Numbered from the stretch's first letter, positions 10,517 through 23,625 are shown. The stretch is 64,000 bases of DNA from Torpedo marmorata (GCA_977017645.1 OZ360232.1:15376001-15440000), one strand, 5' to 3'. Numbers and translations: made by a program. The notes: generated from the letters alone by a model not told the origin.

Positions 10517-13500
10517 TATTTATTTATTTAAAAGCCAGGTGTGTATCTATCTATTTATTTATTTATTTAAATTGTAAGGGGCAGTGTTTGTGTAAATCTA
10601 AAGTAGTTAATTTAATTTAATCTTAAAGTGGGGAGGGGGCTAGTGCGTAGGCGTGTGGTGCCGTAGGCAGGGAGGGAGATTTAAAAACAGTAAGGAAGCC
10701 TTACCACAGTCGAGGTCCAGTTAGCAAGGAGCCAAGAGGCGGGAAGGAGCTGAACCGACGTGAGTGAGTAGAGTGGTCATTTTAGTAGTTAATTAAGAGT
10801 TAACGATTTAAGTGGGGATTGCTGTTCAGTGCAGAGACAGTAATTGAATAGGGAGTGCAGGTGGGAGTAATAAAGGAAACTGGTTAGGATTAGACAGTGG
10901 TAGTGGTCACATAAAGTAGTGTAAGACTATTAAAGTGAAGGTGAGGTTTGGGAGCGGCAGCGAGTGAGCGGGGGAGTGGAATACTTCAGGCTTTGACTCG
11001 ACAGGAAGGAGTGGAGGAGTGGAACACTTCAGGCTTTGACTCGACAGGAAGGAGTGGAGGAGTGGAATACTTCAGGCTTTGACTCGACAGGGAGGAGTGG
11101 AACACTTCAGGCTTTGACTCGACAGGCTTCGACGAGCACAGGCTGAGGACGCATCACTGCACACTAAGGTAAGAGTCTTAAATTCTCTCATATTACGATT
11201 TCATTGGGGTAAAGGATGAGTGTTAGGGCTGTGTGTTGTTGGGAGTGCCAGATGTGGGTGGTCCTGGAGTCTTCCAGATTCCCTGATGTCCATATCTGCA
11301 CGAGGTGTGTAGAGCTGCAGATTCTTAGGGACCGTGTTAGGGAACTGGAACTGCAGCTCGATGACCTCAGGCTGGTTAGGGAAACAGAGGAAGTCATAGA
11401 CAGGAGTTACAGCCAGGTGGTCACGCCAGGGCCACGGGAGGAGGAAAGGTGGGTAACAGTTAGGAGAGGGACAGAAAAGCATAAGGTGCCAGAGAGGAGC
11501 CTGTGACTGTAACCCTCAGCAATAAGTACACCTCTTTGGGTACTGTTGAGGAGAACAGCATAGTTGGGGGGAGCAGCAGTGGCTGTGCCTCTGGCACGGG
11601 GTCAGCCCCTGTGGCTCAGAAGGGTAGGGAAAGGAAGAGGAGGGCAATAGTCGTAGGGGACTCCATAGTTAAGAGGACAGACAGGGGATTCTGTTGACGC
11701 AGCAAGGAGAACCAGATGGTGGTTTGCCTCCCTGGTGCCAGGGTCCGGGATGTTGCTGCTCGTGTCCCGGATATCCTAAAGGGGGAGGGACAGGAGCCAG
11801 AGGTCGTGGTACATGTAGGTACCAATGACATAGGGAGGAATAGAGAAGAGGTCCTAAAAAGTGAGTACAGGCAGTTAGGTAGGGAGTTAAAAAGAAGGAC
11901 CGCAAAGGGGGTAATCTCCGGATTACTCCCTGTGCCACGTGACAGTGAGAGTAGGAATAGAATGAGGTGGAGGATTAACACGTGGCTGAAGGGGTGGAGT
12001 AAGGGGCAGGGTTTCAAGTTTCTGGATCACTGGGACCTTTTTTGGGGGAGATATGACCTGTACAGTAAGGACGGGTTACACTTGAATCCCAGGGGGACCA
12101 GGATCCTGGCAGGGGTATTTGCTAGGGCTACTCAGGAGCCTTTAAACTAGAAAGGTTGGGGGTGGGAGCAAAATAGTACAGAGCAGTAAGGAGAAGGTTA
12201 GAACAGAGAAAGTTTGTAGTCAGTGTTTGAATATGGATGGGCAGGTGATAGAGGTTACTAAAGATGAGGGCAAACAGAGATTAAGAAGTGGGAAATCTCT
12301 GAAATTCATATATTTTAATGCCAGGAGTATTGTAAAAAAGGTGGATGAGCTGAAGGTGTGGATTGATACTTGGAAGTATGAGGTGGTAGCCATCAGTGAG
12401 ACATGGTTGCAGGAGGGATGTGATTGGCAGCTGAATATCCCTGGGTTTCGTTGCTTTAGGTGTGATAGAGTCGGAGGAGCAAGAGGAGGTGGTGTTGCAT
12501 TGCTTGTCAGGGAGAATATTACAGTGGTGCTTAGGCAGGATAGATTAGAGGGCTCGTCCACAGAGGCTATTTGGGTGGAACTGAGAAGTGGGAAAGGAGA
12601 AGTTACACTTGTAGGGGTGTATTATAGACCACCCGGAGGGGACTGAGACCTAGAGGAGCAAATCTGTAGGGAGATAGTGGATATTTGTGATAAGCACAGG
12701 GTTGTGATTATGGGAGATTTTAATTTTCCACATATAGATTGGGAAACACATTCTGTGAAAGGGCTGGATGGGTTGGAGTTTGTGAAATGTGTGCAGGATA
12801 GTTTTTTACAACAATATGTAGAGGTACCGACCAGAGAAGGAGCAGTGTTAGATCTACTGTTAGCAAATGAGATAGGTCAAGTGACGGAGGTTTGTGTTGG
12901 CGAGCACTTCAGGTCCAGTGATCATAATGCCATCAGCTTCAATGTCATTATGGAAAGAGATAAGTCAGGGCCAAGGGTTGAGGTTTTTGATTGGGGAAAA
13001 GCTAGATTTGAGGAGATGCGAAAGGACTTACAGGGTGTGCATTGGGACAATTTGTTTTATGGGCAGGATGTAGCAGAGAGATGGAAGTCTTTTAAAGATC
13101 AGATTTTGAGAGTGCAAAAGCTTTATGTTCCTGTTAGGTTAAAAGGAGGGGCAAAAGGTTTGAGAGAGCCATGGTTTTCGAGGAATATTGGAAACTGGGT
13201 TCGAAAAAAAGGGAGGCGTACATTAAGTATAAGAAGCATGGAAATAAGGAGATGTTTGAAAAATACATTGAATGTAAAAAGAATCTTAAGAGAGGAATTA
13301 GGAAAGCTAAAAGAAGGTATGAAGAGACTATAGCAAGCAGGGTGAAAATTAATCCAAAAGGTTTTTACAAATACGTTAATGGTAAAAGGAAAGCGAGGGA
13401 CAAAATTGGTCCCTTAGAGAATCAGAGCGGAAAACTGTGTGTGGAGCCTAGAGAAATGGGGGAGATATTGAACAGTTTCTTTTCTTCAGTATTCACCAAG

Positions 13501-15181
13501 GAGAAGGATATTGAGATATGCGAGATAAAAAAAAAGCAAATTGGGTAAATATGGAGAATATAGGGATTACGAAAGATGTAGTGTTAGGGCTTTTGAGGCA
13601 TATAAAGGTGGATAAGTCTCCGGGACCCGACGGGATCTTCCCCAGGACCTTGAGAAAAGTAAGTGAAGAAATAGCAGAGGCTCTGACGGTGATTTTCCAA
13701 ATGCCATTAGAGATGGGGATAGTGCCGGAGGATTGGCGTATTGCGCATGTGGTTCCGTTATTTAAAAAGGGTTCAAGGAGGAAGCCTGGCAATTATCGTC
13801 CTGTAAGTTTGACGTCTGTGGTAGGTAAATTAATGGAGAAAGTTCTCAGAGATAGTACTTATAAATATCTGGATAGACAGGGTCTGATCAGGAACTCTCA
13901 ACACGGATTTGTGAGCGGAAGGTCCTGTTTGACCAATCTGATTGAATTTTTTGAAGAGGTGACTAGGAATGTGGATGAGGGTAGCGCAGTGGATGTTGTC
14001 TATATGGACTTCAGTAAGGCCTTCGATAAGGTTCCGCATGGAAGGTTAGTTAGGAAGGTGCAGTCTTTAGGTATAAATTCTGAGATAGTCAAATGGATTG
14101 AACATTGGCTGGAAGGGAGAGGCCAGAGAGTGGTAGTGGATAATTGTCTGTCAGGTTGGAGGCCGGTGACCAGCGGTGTGCCTCAGGGATCTGTATTGGG
14201 CCCATTGTTGTTCGTTATATATATCAATGATCTAGATGATGAGGTGGTAAACTGGATTAGTAAATATGCAGATGATACTAAGATAGGTGGAATAGTGGAT
14301 AATGAAGAAGGTTTTCAAGGATTGCAGAGGGATTTGGGCTGCTTAGAAAAGTGGGCTGAAAAATGGCAGATGGAGTTTAATGCTGATAAGTGTGAGGTGC
14401 TTCATTTTGGTAAGAAGAATCAGAACAGGACATATGTAGTAAATGCGAGAGCATTGATGAATACAGAAGAGCAGAAAGATTTAGGAATAACGGTGCATCG
14501 TTCCCTGAAGGTGGAAACTCATGTGAATAGGGTGGTGAAGAAGGCTTTTAGTATGCTGGCCTTTATCAATCATTGCATAGAATATAGGAGTTGGGAAGTG
14601 ATGTTGAGATTATATAAGGCGTTGGTGCGGCCTAATTTGGAGTTCTGGTCGCCAAATTACAGGAAGGATATCAACAAAGTGGAGAGAGTGCAGAGAAGGT
14701 TTACCAGAATGTTACCTGGGTTTAAGAATCTAGAGTACAAGGAGAGATTGAGCATATTAGGTCTTTATTCTTTGGAGCGTAGAAGGTTGAGAGGGGATTT
14801 GATAGAGGTATTTAAAATTATGAAAGGGATAGACAGAGTGGATGTGGATAGACTATTTCCATTAAGAATAGGAGAGATTGAAACAAGAGGACATGAGCTA
14901 AGAGTTAAGGGGCAGAGGTTTAGAGGTAACATGAGGGGGAACTTCTTTACTCAGAGAGTGGTAGCGGTGTGGAATGAGCTTCCGGGAGAAGTAGTGGCGG
15001 CAGAGTCAATTTTATTATTTAAGAAAAAGTTGGACAAGTATATGGATGAGAAGGAAGTGGAGGGTTATGGGCAGGGTGCAGGTAGGTGGGACTAGATAGG
15101 AATGTTTGGTTCGGTGCGGACTGGAAGGGCCTAATGGCCTGTTTCCGTGCTGTAATTGTTATATGGTTATATGGTTTATAT
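10517..15181 (+). mobile_element. Near full-length CR1 LINE (ORF1 zinc finger/coiled coil/SGNH esterase ~11216-12150; ORF2 endonuclease-RT ~12227-15095), disrupted
   Basis: CWEC..CTRC, VVGDSIV, HVGTNDIG, DGLHLN in ORF1; NARSI, SETWL, GDFN, DFSKAFD, PQGSVLGP, YADD in ORF2; (atatggtt)n tail; gacatt duplicated at 10511-10516 and 15182-15187; several stops and frameshifts. Confidence 0.92.
10972..11125 (+). repeat. ~4 copies of a 35-43 bp unit (ggagtggaaYacttcaggctttgactcgacagg) in the CR1 5'UTR
   Basis: Directly visible tandem array without unique spacers. Confidence 0.88.
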
Positions 15182-15284
15182 GACATTGTGGGCTGTACAG
15201 TTCTTATGCAAATATGGTGAGAGCATAGGATATCTAAATCCACCATCCCATTTTCTTTTTGTTTAAACCAAATGCTTCCTTTAA

Positions 15285-15912
15285 GATTAGTGCAGCGCAC
15301 AAGTTTCTTGGAGTGCACTTGGCGGAGAGTTTCAGCTGGTCCCTAAACACCAGTTCCATAGTCAAGAAAGCCCAGCAGCGTCTTCCTGCGAAGCCTGAGG
15401 AAAGTTCATCTCCCACCCCCTATCCTTACTACATTCTACAGGGGATGTATTGAGAGTATTCTGAGCAATTGTATCACCGCTTGGTTTGGTAACTGTACCA
15501 CCTCGGACCGAAAGACCCTGCAGAGGATAGTGAGGTCAGCGGAGAAAATTATTGGAGTCTCTCTCCCCACCATGACAGACATCTACAACACACGAAGCAT
15601 GAGGAAGGCTAAAAACATTGTGAAGGACTTCTCACACCCCTTTGGTAAACTGTTTTCCCCTTTGCCATCTGGAAGGAGGTACCGAAACACTCAGGCTCGT
15701 ACGTCCAGACTGTGCAACAGTTTTTCCCCCCAAGCCATCAGGCTCCTCAATTCCTAGATATATATGTGTACTGGCATGCTATAGTTTTTTCTATTGTATT
15801 ATGATATTTATGTACATCTGCCCATGGTCCTGGAGAAACGCTATCTCGTCTTACTGTGTATATGGTAATGAACGACAAATAAAGGTGACTTGACTTGGTG
15901 ACTTGACTTGAC
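15285..15912 (+). mobile_element. Rex1-like LINE 3' fragment with (gactt)n tail
   Basis: KFLGVHL..SW..NTSSIVKKAQQRL and LPSGRRYR motifs; aataaaggtgacttgactt tail. Confidence 0.75.
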
Positions 15913-17059
15913 AAGAGCAGGAAAACACCTCCCTGAGAAGGAGATGCCTGGAAGAAGACCTACAGAGTAGGGGACCACAGCAGTGAACTAGCGTGGAGCC
16001 TGGCGGCTGAAAGACTCACACCATGCCACAGGCTGGTGATTACTGATTTGTGGGAACCAGGCATTGGGACAAATATTTCTGAGGGTTTTGATAGTGAGGA
16101 GGGCTCCTGCAGGCTTGGGCACTAACAGCTTCTTAATCACATTGGGGAAAGAGGGTGGCTTGTATGCCTTGAGCTCGGGTTAACCGCTTAAATGGACAGG
16201 CTTTGCAGGTTATGGGAGTGCAGGTGGTGGTGGCATTGTAGGAAGTGGCAGTATCCATGGAAACTCGAGGTCTCTGAAGGGCCTCTCTTTGGCTTCCTTT
16301 TCTTGCTAATGTCACTGGACTTGTGGTGCCTCAGAGTGCAAACAGAGGAAAACAAATTTTGTGTATTTTATGTACGTGAAAATAAAGGAATCTTGAATCG
16401 AAACTTATCCTATGGGGAAGTTTCTTGTCTCAGGACTCTTTAACACAGCATACAACTTCACAGAATATAAATGGATAAATATGCTGTGGCATTACGCAAC
16501 TGATCTAAATTAATCCAAAGGCAAAAGTGACCCTTCCACAATTAGTAGCCAATGCCAAATTCAACTACTGATCATAATTTAAATTCAGAATTCATTTATT
16601 AAAGAACAGACCAGAATTGAAAGGCAGGATTTTTCAATGGAAGGAAATACGAAAAGTTCCTGCTAACAAGATGCAAAACAAAGTTTCATCATGATATTAT
16701 TCAGAAATTGATCCCAAGTCAGTAGCGTTAAATGTCAGCATGTTGTCCTCTGGCTTTCATTCACCTACTTCATCAAACCAGGATTAGGACCACCCCTTTC
16801 CCTTATTCAATAATTCTGACCTGCCTAGCCCTCCTAATCTATTGCACAAGGCCTCCAGTGTTCCGTCTCTAATCACTCTAATTCAAACTCTGACCTTTCT
16901 TCTGGTTTCCAATATTCAACCCTGGTCTGAAACTTAAACTGCACCTGGCCACCATAAAATGAACCCCTGCTCCAACCTTTCTAATTTTGTTCTGCTCTCA
17001 AATTGAGAGTTGGTGCTTTAGACCTCCCAATCAACAGCTACCTTATCACATGGGTGCTA

Positions 17060-17820
17060 TAGAGTCACGGAGTCAGAGTTGTACAGCAAATAAACAGGCG
17101 CTTCGGCCCAACTCATCCATGCCGACCAAGTTGTCGACCTGAGCCAGTCCCATTTGACTGCACTTGGCCCATATGCCTCTAAACCTTTCCTATCCATATA
17201 CCTGTCTAAATATCTTTCAAATATTGTAATCATACCTGCTCTATAGCTTCCTTTAGCAGCTCATTCCATATATCTACCACAGTCTGCATGAAAAAATTAC
17301 CCAGATTACTTTTAAATCTTTCACCTTAAACTTTTGCCCTGTAGTTTTTGACTCGCCTGTACTGGAAAAAGACTGTCACCATTGTCATCCCTTGTCTATG
17401 CCCCTCATGATTTTGTATACCACTGAGGTCACCTCCCAGCCTCCTACACTCCAGGGAATATAGTCCCAGCCTATCCAACCTCTCCTCATAACTCAAGCCC
17501 TCCAGTCCTGATAACATTCTCATGAATCTTTTTCTGCATCCTTTCCAACGTAATGACATCCTTTCTGCAGCTGGGTGACCAGAACCACGTGTAATAAATA
17601 CTCCAAATATGATCTCACCATTGGCATAATCAAGCTGTAACCCAATGCTCCAAGTCCTGTACTCATTGACCTAACCAATAAGGGTAAGTGTGCCAAACAC
17701 CATCTTCACCACACTGGAAACTATGTACCTGTACTCCCAAGTCTTTTAGTTCTATAACACTGTCCAGAGCTCTGCAATTTACTGTGCAAGTCCTGTCCTA
17801 GTTTAACTTATCAAGCAAAT
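17060..17820 (-). mobile_element. Degenerate CR1 LINE 3' fragment
   Basis: RMLSGLEGLSYEERLDRLGLYSLECRRL on minus strand. Confidence 0.75.
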
Positions 17821-18694
17821 TGTTGTCAAAATGTTGATACACAAATCCTGCCATTAAATTTGGCATGATCTGTGGTTCACCAGGCACACCCAATCTGAAA
17901 TTGTCACTTGTCACTCATCGTCCGATGGACTTCAGGTTAATGTGCAGCCCAAGGTTTCAATTTGCCACTTCTATTAAACTGGACTCCTCGTCTTGACTGT
18001 GTTCCGCTTTTCAGCACATCAGAAACAAGGGTAAAGAGTAGGCTATTTTGTCCCAAGTGCTGTTCCTTTGGACTATAGTCAATCTTTTATTTTAGCTTTA
18101 GTTTCCTGTACTACGCCATCATATTCCTTGATTCTCTTAGCATCTAAATATCTCTATCTTGAATACATTATACAGTGCCTGAGACTCCAGAGCTAACCTG
18201 GGTGGTGAATTCTGATTTACATCCTCTTAGTGTAGAAATTTCTTCTCAATTATCCTGACTTATTTTAAGATGTAGAAAGCCCAATTATGGGAAACATCAC
18301 TTCCATTTGCACTGTCAAGCCCTTTGATAGTTTGCATGTTTCAATGAGATGTGTACATTTTTATGCCAAACAGATTCTCACATATCTTATATTGCCTCAA
18401 TTATCATCAACTTTCAATTTTAAATTTCCAGTGAAGCTTTTAAAAGGAAAATATTCCGAAAACTCTACTGCTGATTGTACTGGATTATAAAATATGACTC
18501 AAAGTTCCATGTTTTAAATATGATATTCAGTCTCTATGGCTTGAAAAAAAACTGGACTTCAAGTTGAAAGCCGCTAAATCTTCCAGTCCAACAGCCATTG
18601 TAATATTAAACATTAAATAATAAGTGTATACCACTTTTTGTTATTGAACAAAACCTTCAATTAAACTTAAACCTACCAGTCTAGGTAATAAAAA

Positions 18695-19930
18695 AACATT
18701 GCAGTACACTTCTCCTATGAACTTACCCTCCCGCCTCCCATCCTCTCCCCCCACCCCACCACTTTAAACACATGTCCTGTAGCATGTGACATTTTTACCC
18801 TAGGAAAAAGATTTTTGACTGCCTACCCTATCTACACCTCTGATAATTTAATTAACTCCTATCAGGTCTTCCTCAACCTCCAATACTCCACCACCTCCAA
18901 TACTCCAGAGAAAACAACCCAAGTTTGCCAACCTCTCTGCATAGCTCATGCGCTCTATTCCAAGTAGCATTCTGGTAAATCTTTTCCGTATCTTTTCCAA
19001 AGCTTTCACATCCTTCTTTTAATGGAGCGATCATAATTACACACACAATATTCGAAGTTCGACCTAACTGAAGTTTTATATAGCTGCAACATAACTTCCT
19101 TACTCTTATATTCAAAGCATGCCAGATGTTTTGCTATTGAGGGAGTGCAGCGTAGGTTCACAAGGTTGATTCCCGGGATGGCGGGACTGTCATATGTTGA
19201 AAGATCGGAGCGGTTGGGCTTGTATACACTGGAATTTAGAGGGATGAGAGGGGATCTGATTGAAACATATGATTATTAAGGGATCGGACACACTAGAGGC
19301 AGGAAATATGTTCCAGATGTTGGAAGAGTTGAGAACCAGAGGCCACAGTTTAAGAATAAGGGGTAGGCCATTTAGAACGGAGTTGAGAAAAAACTTTTTC
19401 ACCCAGAGAGTTGTGGATCTGTGGAATGCTCTGCCTCAGAAGGCAGTGGAGGCCAATTCTCTGGATGCTTTCAAGAAAGAGTTAGATAGAGCTCTTAAGG
19501 ATAGCGGAGTCAAGGGATATGGGGAGAAGGCAGGAACAGGGTACTGATAGTGGATGATCAGCCATGATCACAATGAATGGCGGTGCTGGTTCGAAGGGCC
19601 GAATGGCCTACTCCTGCACCTATTGTCTTTTTTACCACACCCTATCTACTTGTGTGGTCACTTTCAAATAGCTCTGGTCATGGACCTCCAGATCCCTCTA
19701 CACATCAATGCTTTTAAGAACACTGCCATTAACTGTAAACTCCCTTTACATTTGACCTTCCAAGGAGCAACACCTCACACTTGTCTATATTAAACTCCAT
19801 CTGCCATTTCTCTGCCTATATCTGTAACTGATCTATAATATATCCTGCTGTATTCTCTGATAGCCCTCTACATTGTTCACAACTCCACCAATCTTTGTGT
19901 CATCTGCAAACTCACGAAGTCACCAACCTA
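18695..19930 (-). mobile_element. Old CR1 fragment (minus) interrupted by a younger plus-strand CR1 3' end at ~19128-19628
   Basis: Minus-strand KLGLFSLE motif; plus-strand RTRGHSLRIRG..FFTQRVVDLWNALP and the cctactcctgcacctattgtc tail. Confidence 0.7.
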
Positions 19931-20351
19931 TTTTCTGACTCAATACTACTGTCTTCTACATCATAGTCATACAGCACGGAAACAGTCCCTTTGGCCCAGC
20001 TTGCTAACACTGACCAAAACGTCCCACCTACACTGTGCAAGCCAAATGTAAATCTAAACAATCAATTCACCATGTATCCCTTTTGTCTTTACCTTCTGGA
20101 TCAACAAAGGTCTCATTCTCTGGCTTTGCAAAGTCAAAAAAACTGCAACATCACTGATTGGCCCAGGCACTTTGGAAGAAAGGTAGACAATGAAATAACG
20201 TTGACACACAATTTCATTGGCTTTTAAACACAAACGGATATTTACATTTTATTTTATAGGTGCTTTGCTCTTCTTTCCAGTTTTCTCCACCTATGAAGAA
20301 AACTGGATGAAAGTCATTCAAGCATTCACCCCACTAAAATATTTCACTTAC

Positions 20352-20598
20352 CTGAATGGCTTTGGTGGCAAGATGCTGAAACGGGTCTTGTCAAGTATTT
20401 TTCTGATTTTGTTTCTGCCTCCTGACACTGTGTTTGCTTTCACCTTCTTGTTACCCTTTTCTGTAGGGAACATCTGTTCTACATCTCTGTGCAAATCTGG
20501 ATGTGAGTAACGATTACCCTTTTTCTCTGCGATTTTAGGAATGTGAGGAATGCCATTCTTTTTCTCCTGCATCAGCCTATTTAGAAGCTCCTTAAAAA
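20352..20598 (-). CDS. RAPGEF6: RAPGEF6 exon: (V)[26 protein letters not shown]...[31 protein letters not shown](S)
   Basis: ttccag| acceptor, |gtaagt donor, 247 bp, phase 1 in / 2 out; [10 protein letters not shown] and [29 protein letters not shown] match RAPGEF6. Confidence 0.95.
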
Positions 20599-20649
20599 CT
20601 GGAAAGGAAAGGAGGAAAAGTAGTTATGGTAGATTGAGATAAATAACTT

Positions 20650-20905
20650 TTAATCTGTTGTCTAAAAGATAAAAGCTGGTCAGAACATTGAGATATTTTG
20701 ATGAGTGTTGTGAGGGATATTTTACTTTTATTGCAAGTGGTCTCAGTTTAATATCTTTAACATCCACATGAAGCATCTCTTTCATTAGTGCTGTACTCTC
20801 ATTATTGTACTGAAGTACCAACTTCAATTTTAAGTTAAAGCTTCTGAAGTAAGGCTTGAATGCATAACTTTATGAATGTAAAGAGAGAACATTACTACTG
20901 AGCTA
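20650..20905 (-). mobile_element. Ancient Deu-domain SINE (SacSINE1-like), highly diverged
   Basis: Resemblance, from memory, to the tRNA head (cttgaa..ataac...actactgagcta) and Deu core (ggtctcagtttaata..gcatctct..agtgctgtactctc). Confidence 0.5.
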
Positions 20906-21039
20906 CAACAGTGATCATACTTCAAATATATTATTTTGACATCAAAGCCCTTTGAGACAGTGTTAAATGCAATTCAGGCTTAGGAAGGAAAATTAAGTAT
21001 CAGTAGGAAAATTCCAACTTGGTAACTAAATGTCTGATG

Positions 21040-21342
21040 TAGAAACACACAGAAATGCTGTAGGAACTCAGCTAGTCTCGCAGCATCCATAGGAGGTAAA
21101 GATATATTTAGAATCAGAATTTATTGTCACGAACAAGTCATGAAATTCGGTGTTTTGCGGCAGCATTTCGGGTCTGAGCCCTTCTTCAAAGGTGCTTCTT
21201 CATTAACTTGAAGAAGGGCTTAGGCCTGAACCGTCAGTAATATATCTTTACCTCCTCTGGACGCTGCAAGACCAGCTAAGTTCCTCCAGTATTTCGGTGT
21301 GTTTTTACTACAATCACAGCGCCTGCAGACTTCCGTGTTTCA
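21040..21342. mobile_element. Palindromic element made of two opposed Penelope-type termini, with a Rex1 tail inserted at ~21110-21165
   Basis: aaatgctgtaggaactcagc...ggaggtaaagatatatt is mirrored by aatatatctttacctcc...agttcctccagtattt; central gagcccttcttcaa/ttgaagaagggctt. Confidence 0.65.
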
Positions 21343-21406
21343 TTAAATGCCTGACGACTATGCACTATATAATTATTGAACACACTTTAAGTCAAAATAT
21401 ACTCAC

Positions 21407-21515
21407 CAAATATGTTGGTTTTTACTGTGATAGACAGGTGAGTGTTATTTCTCAGAATTTCTTGAGCTTTTGTATATTGGATATTCTCAAAGTTCTGACC
21501 ATTTACTTCCATGAT
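21407..21515 (-). CDS. RAPGEF6: RAPGEF6 exon (PDZ C-terminal half): [36 protein letters not shown]
   Basis: ttcag| and |gtgagt, 109 bp, phase 0 in / 1 out; not in the ORF track, read manually. Confidence 0.94.
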
Positions 21516-22117
21516 CTGAAATAATTACATCAGTTCTTTTAAAAATAGAGAATGAAAACTGATACAATTTCCCATTTCCATAGGTTTGCAATTTGTCTGT
21601 AATTTGACCATTGTTGTAATCAACAACTAACATCCAGTCGAATATATTTGCAGTAAGAAGGGAGACCCAGAAAACATTGAATGTCTTGTGCAATGATGGA
21701 CTTGAGGAAGATTCACAGAAATGCAAATTAATGTGCCATATCCAAAGTGATAAAAATCTTATGCAAAAAGCTTCGTTTGGGGCAAATATTGAAACAGAAT
21801 TTGTTCCTCGAATACAATTATCTTACTGTCAATTCATTGCACTGACATTCCTAAGAAATAGTAGTTCATCTTGAAACAAAAGGGAATCCAAAAAAACAAG
21901 TGTTTCAACAGCCACTTGGGACCTATGCGCAGTATATTTTTAGAACTGAACAAATGAAAAAGATCAACACACATTAGCACATTAAGCTTAAATCAGAAGG
22001 CATATACTTTTTGTTTGTCCAACATTTTAAATTATTTCTAACAAAAAAAGTGCATGGATCAAATGATTTTACAGTTACAAATAACAGTATTTTCACACAT
22101 GAATCTTTTTTTTTTAC

Positions 22118-22321
22118 CTGGTCACCTCGTTTAAGTCCAGCCTCGGCAGCTTTACTGCCAGGCTCTACACTTTCCATAAAAATGCCGAATCCTCTCTCGC
22201 TGCCACCAAGTAGACTAAAGTACAATGGGGACTCTCTGGAAGGTTTTAGCAAAGTTATCTGCCTCCATTTAGCTTTAGCAGCACAAGCAATATTCAACAA
22301 TCTGAGATGTCCTTTCATTTT
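22118..22321 (-). CDS. RAPGEF6: RAPGEF6 exon (PDZ N-terminal half): [21 protein letters not shown]...GFGIF...AGLKRGDQ
   Basis: ttcag| and |gtaaaa, 204 bp, phase 0/0; AKAKWRQ is RAPGEF6-type. Confidence 0.95.
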
Positions 22322-22559
22322 CTGAAAATTAAAATATCAAATCTTAAAATTAACTTCACATATGCAAACTTTACACATATTTTACAATGTTCTTGGGAAA
22401 ACAATTGGCACTTGTAAGTGACTACCTTTATGAGAAAAAAAACTTTAGTGTTTGTTATTGTGGTTAACTCGATTGTTATAAAAGTATGTCAATAAATGTA
22501 ACAAAGCTATATGTCAACCATGTTTACTAAATACAGGAACAAGAAGGCAGAAAAAAAAT

Positions 22560-22935
22560 ATCAGAGGCTCAGGGGTGACCTGGTAAGAGTTTGCAAAATG
22601 ATGAGACATTGATTGGGTAGACTGAGCCTTTTCAAAGGGTGGAGATGTAAAATTCTAGAGGGAATAGTTTTAAAGTGAGAGGAAGAAGGTTAAAAGGGAC
22701 AAGAGGCAAGTTTTTTTCCCCCATTGAGAGTGGTAGGTGCTTGGAATGTGCTGCTGGGGAAGTGGTGGAAGCAGATATGACAGCAATGTTTAAGAGGTAT
22801 TTAGACATGTACATAAACAGGCAGGGAATGGGGAGATATAGACATGTGCAGTTAGATGGGATTAGTTAAAATTGGCATGATTAGCAGAGACACCATGGGC
22901 CAAACGGGACTATTCCTTGCGTTGCAATGTTCTAT
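22560..22935 (+). mobile_element. Old CR1 3' fragment
   Basis: GEVVEAD..AMFKRYLD.Y motif and CR1-type 3' end. Confidence 0.65.
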
Positions 22936-23288
22936 GAACACAGGATGAATTTAATGGGAAATCTACATTACCTCATTCATCCAATTAAAAACAATCCATT
23001 ACTATTTGCATTTAGTCAATCTAAATTGAACAAACACACTTGATAGCAAGTAACCTTAAAAGCTAGCAATCTAGCTGAGGTTCAGGAAAATGATAACAAA
23101 AATTGCAAAAATGTATTAAAATGAAGCTTGAATGGTTTAGTTCAGCCACCAATGCATTGTAATTATCACAATTAAAGTCTTTATAAATAGGAAATAATAT
23201 TGTTGAAGAACTGTAAAAGGCTGCCAAGCAAAGAAGTTAATTTGAAACCATTCCTCTGTCTTAATTAGCTCATATATATTTTGCTTAC

Positions 23289-23396
23289 CGCGTTTTCTAA
23301 TTTATTTTCAAATTCCTCTAGAAAATTGGTCATGGCAGGATCTCCTTCAAAATCATTAAAATGATTATTCACCCATAAGAGCACAACTCGTGTCAC
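23289..23396 (-). CDS. RAPGEF6: RAPGEF6 exon (REM): [36 protein letters not shown]
   Basis: ctag| and |gtaagc, 108 bp, phase 0/0. Confidence 0.94.
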
Positions 23397-23625
23397 CTAG
23401 AGCAGAATCGTTTGGAGGTAAAAAATGCAGCAGAGTTAAGGGGTTCAAACATGCTGCTGAATTGAAATAAACTTCATTCAATTACTACAGTTCACTGTCG
23501 CATCATTTTCATTTCCAAGATTTAGAGGAAAGCAGCTTACATGTTCAGAGTAAAACAAATGATTAGTCTTTGAAGATTCATTTTATATTTACATTTAGTT
23601 CAGATGAGTAAGTCTTCAGACTGAC

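Noticed and set aside
10972-11125. CRISPR-like array
   Set aside because: No unique spacers, no cas genes, eukaryotic context; it is a tandem repeat in a CR1 5'UTR.
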